Assembly: GCA_009103225.1 (NCBI GenBank) | Contig: RHPI01000401.1 | Coordinates: 117,096 to 146,543, forward strand | Direction: 5' to 3' | DNA: 29,448 bases | Source of the DNA: Chlorokybus atmophyticus | Lineage: Eukaryota; Plantae; Mesostigma and Chlorokybus algae | In this document: one piece after another, positions 25,553-29,448 of the stretch | How positions within the stretch are numbered: the first letter of the stretch is position 1 | Layout of the letters: the number at the start of each line of letters is the position of its first letter | Notes under the pieces: model-generated | Database searches by the model: none | What the model was told of the DNA's origin: nothing | What the model saw: only the letters and a program-made list of their open reading frames with translations | Translations under genes and position numbers: made by a program

Positions 25553-28440
25553 ATAGGAAGGAGCCTCATGCACGGACGGATGCTGTGACATTTCCATTAA
25601 AGAAGCAAGAAGAGATGGCTTTGAACGCGCCAATGGTGGTGAGTTATGCAAACGAGGAGACAACAAAGTACTTCGGGCTTCGAGCACACATTTGCGATGA
25701 CCAAGGACGATGGAGAGAGTGCAAGCTCATGATTGATAACGGTGCCAACAACAACTTTATGAGTATTGATATTGCGCGGCGTTACGGTTGGCTTTCGTCA
25801 TTACGAGGAGGTGAAGTGAAGCTCGCTGATGGAGAGCCACCCTCTGGAGGTGATGGCGCTGCGTTTATGAGCAAACAGTTGTTCGTTCGCGTTGGGAAGA
25901 TGAAGGAGAACATGCGATTTAGCTGCATCACCCTACGGAACGGGTTTGACGGGATATTGGGACTACCGTGGCTATGGCAACATAATCCATCCATCAATTA
26001 AAGGAAGCGCGCGCTCACCGTTGAAGAAAATGGTGGAGAATCCATTCAAGCTGCATCGGACGTCATCGAGGCGCGGCACGCACAATCAGGTGGTACGACT
26101 GTTGCCTAGATCTCTTATTTGCAATTGAGGAAGTTATTGTCTCCACGAAAGGCAAAGGCTGCATGGTTGTGCGTGGTGCACGAAAACACTGCAAAGTCAG
26201 CACCAGAGCTGCGTGACGATGTTAAGACGGCTACAATGGACCCCGAGGTGTGTAAACTTGTTAAAGAATACCAAGATATCATGGTGAACGGACTTCCATC
26301 TGGTCTACCACCTCCACGGAGCGTAGACCACCGGGTGGAGCTGATTGAGGGCGTGCACAAGCCACCGTATCGACCCGTATACAAGTTGTCACCTTTGGAG
26401 CTGGAGGAGGCCGAGAGGCAGGTGGCGGACTTGCTGAAAAGAGGCTACATCTGGCCTAGTAAGTCCCCCTATGGTGCACCTATTTTGTTTATACAAAAGA
26501 AGAACGGGAGCTTGCGTGTGTGTCGACTACCGAGCTCTCAACAACATTACGAAGAGAAATTGCTTTCCACTGCCACGTATCGCCGAGTTGCTGGAGCAAT
26601 TGCAAGGTGCGCAGTACTTCACAACACTTGATCTTGCTGGAGGTTATCACTAAATCCGCATCGCGCCCGAGGATGTGGAGAAAACAGCATATAACACACA
26701 TTAAAGGCACTACGAGTGGTTGGTCATGTCCTTCGGACTTACGAGCGCACCGGCAACATTTCAAACGCTTATGAACAGCGTTTTTGCTGACTTGATTGGT
26801 AAGGGAGTTCTCGTGTACCTCGACGACATTTTGGTGTACGCGACAACAAAGGAGGAGCACGTGGCACTTCTACGGCGCGTGTTGCAGCGTTTGCGCGAAC
26901 ACAAGTTGTACGCCCAGCTACAAAAGTGCAAATTCTTGCTTCGAGAGGTGGAGTACCTAGGCCACATTGTGTCGCATGAAGGCATCAAGCCGGACCCCAA
27001 CAAAGTGCAGGTGGTGCGCGAGTGGGCTGCCCCGACCAATGTAAAGGAGGTGATGTCCTTTTTAGGCCTTGCGGGGTATTATCGCAAGTTTATCATGGGG
27101 TTTTCGCGCATAGCTGCTCCCTTGACTACCCTACTCAAGAAGGGAAAGCATTGGAGCTGGTCAGCAACAGAGGAACATGCATTTGCTGCGTTGAAGAAGG
27201 CGCTGACGGAGGCACCAGTCCTGGCTCACCCCAACATGGAAAAGACATTTATTTTGGCTTGCGACGCGTCCGACACAGCCGTAGGAGCTGTTTTGCAGCA
27301 AGACCATGGAAATGGCCTTCAACAAGTAGCATTCAGCAAGAAGATGAGTGGTGCGGAGCTGAATTACCCCATGCACGAGAAGGAACTTTTGGCGCAAGTG
27401 ATGTCGCTACGACAATGGCGTTGTTTTCTGGAAGGCAAAACGTTCGTGCTTGAGACGGATCACTCTCCACTGAGGTACTTACAAACACAACCTCATCTGA
27501 GTCGCAGACAAGCTCGATGGCTTGAGTTCTTTCAACTTTTTGACTTCGACATCAAGTACAAGCCCGGTACGTCAAATGGTGTTGCTGACGCGCTGAGCCG
27601 GCTTAATGCAATTGAGGCACTCGCTCAAGTGCAGCCCGAGTGGACCGACCAGATTCGGAAACTGCTTTGTGAAGACACGGAGGGTATGAAAGTGTTGCAA
27701 GAGCTGGAAAATGCAGCTACGGACACAAGTGGGCATTGGTCAATGCGCGACGGGCTGCTGTGGCACCACGGGCGCTTGTACATCCCCAACGCCGCGCATA
27801 TCCGTGTGAAGTTGCTGAAGGAAGCTCATGACGTGCCCATTGCTGGTCACCAAGGGTTGGAAACGACTTTGGCAAGCTTAAAGCAACGTTTTTACTGGCG
27901 AGAGATGCATCGCGATGTGCGCGACCACGTGGCGTTGTGCGACGCATGCAAAAGGGTGAAGGCAAGCAATTAAAAGCCAGGTGGGTTGCTGCAACCTCTC
28001 CCTGTGCCATTGTCCAAGTGGGAGCAAGTTACCATGGACTTTATCACGGGGCTACTAAAGACAAAAGAAGGGTGCGACGCTATACTTGTGTTCGCCGATA
28101 AAACCAGCAAAATGGTACGCTTGGCACCGTGTAGTGAGTCTTGCACGGCACCGGAGGCAGCACGCTTGTTCGTGAAGCATGTATTTCGTTTTCATATATT
28201 ACCACAAAGCATTGTGAGTGATCGCGACCCGCGCTTTACAAGTAAGTTTTGGGAGGCGCTGCATAGTGCACTGGGTACCACACTAAAGTTTAGCACGGCA
28301 TTCCACCCGCAAACTATGGGCAAATGGAGCGGGCCAACCGTGTGATCGAGGACATGCTGCGTTGCTACGTTAACGCGCGACAAGACAATTGGGCGGAGCT
28401 GCTTGAGTTGGTTGAGTTTGCGATCAACAACCACCACAAT
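25510..28440 (+). pseudogene. Gypsy pol (protease, RT, RNase H, partial integrase), disrupted
   Basis: LMIDNGA, SKSPYGAPILF, VDYRALN, LDLAGGYH, MSFGLTSAPATFQ, YLDD (26816-26827), CDASDTAVGAVL, LETDHSPL, HDVPIAGHQG..CDAC, MDFITGL, SDRDPRFTS, STAFHPQT. Confidence 0.95.
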
Positions 28441-28459
28441 CACACGGATTGACGTTCAA

Positions 28460-29048
28460 GGACCATGAATGGTCCGTGACGCAGGACCGGGGTTTTCCCC
28501 TGCTAAGTGAAATTGACGGACCATGTATAGTCCGGCTTTCATGAACAGTCGGACCATGCATGGTCCGAATTTCACGTGAATGGTACGATTGTCCCTTGGG
28601 ACGCACCAGGCATGGTGGCCAGTATGCATGAGATTTATGGACCATGCATGGTGCGATGCCCCCTAGAACAGTGGACCATCCATGGTTTGTTGCTTGCTTC
28701 ATGTCCGGTGACTAACAGTCGCACCATACATGGTCCATGGATACGGACCGCAAGTCATGTTTGTTACTGAGATTGCCTGGACCAATCATGGTGCGCTGCC
28801 CTCCTTGCACAGTGGACCACATATGGTGCCAGTCTGGTCGACAGTCGCACCATGAATGGTCCATGGCTACCGCCAAGGTGTTGCGCATACATGGTCCACA
28901 AGCGGCACCACGTATGGTCCTGCCAGGCACCGCACCATACATGGTGCGGTCTACCTTGATTTGGTGCACCAATCATGGTCTGTCATGATGTCACATGCAT
29001 GGAAGCCATGCATGGTGTGCGTGCTGTTTCATGCACCATGCCTGGTGC
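28460..29048. repeat. Array of gapped palindromes G(G/C)ACCA-N4-TGGT(C/G)C
   Basis: About 16 copies (a few degenerate) starting at 28460, 28518, 28551, 28603, 28639, 28673, 28721, 28779, 28814, 28847, 28882, 28905, 28932, 28966, 29003 and 29033, separated by mostly unrelated spacers. Confidence 0.9.
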
Positions 29049-29448
29049 ATACAATCCGCCACGCATACAATTCACAAAAATGCTGGAATGGACTGTCAAA
29101 GGACAGTCTGATCATGATCATCAGTATAAAGCTAGCGTCATGTACTATACCTACAGTCTCCTACATGCACTGCACGCTGCTGTTGACAGTCGCAGCTGAC
29201 AACAGCTTTGTTGTGTTGCACCTTCGCCTGGGCAGCTGGACCCCATGTGAAGCCACTCCCATCTTTCCACATTGTGTGCTGACTCCCAGCCTCAGGAGCC
29301 AACGACAGCCTCAGGAGCCAGGGACACCCTTGTTTGACAGCCTCTGTGGACAGCCCCTGCAGCCAACTCGTGCATCAAATGTCTGCAAAACAACTGTAAG
29401 TCTACCTGTGCTTACACAAGACATACAGTGTTGACACACACATGCAAC

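Larger units (their letters stand above)
23737..28440 (+). mobile_element. Ty3/gypsy LTR retrotransposon D, degenerate, cut within integrase
   Basis: 5' LTR, Met PBS and gag-PR-RT-RH-IN order. Integrase homology ends at ..VEFAINNHHN near 28440. No 3' LTR in the window. Confidence 0.93.

Noticed and set aside
26720-27973. 417-aa ORF as a functional gene
   Set aside because: It is the longest surviving stretch of gypsy pol, bounded by premature stops and frameshifts.
28460-29048. CRISPR array
   Set aside because: Repeats are only 16 bp with a variable centre, spacer lengths are irregular, there are no cas genes, and the context is eukaryotic TE.

Overview
Eukaryotic, repeat-dense window, most likely nuclear DNA of a green alga or plant. 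A streptophyte alga is my inference from the mitochondrial sequence style, GT-AG introns and LTR primer sites. (1) 1-~5140 is mitochondrial-type DNA: an intact rpl5, exon 1 of trnV(UAC) followed by a group II intron, and many short GC-rich dispersed repeats. It is a NUMT or a mis-join. (2) ~5170-7870 holds decayed nuclear exons, including an E2 ubiquitin-conjugating (UBC27/UBE2K-like) remnant, locally duplicated exon/intron blocks and an array of palindromic 16-nt units. (3) 7868-11215 is a 3348-nt pure poly-C run next to an N, probably an assembly artefact. (4) ~11800-13455 is a broken minus-strand ORF with weak transposase-like motifs. (5) 14566 to the end is a chain of apparently nested dead elements: a long gag + aspartic protease element, an LTR, a Ty1/copia, a Ty3/gypsy inserted in the copia 3' LTR, and an array of about 16 gapped 16-bp palindromes that cuts the gypsy integrase. 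rpl5 is the only intact protein gene I can support.
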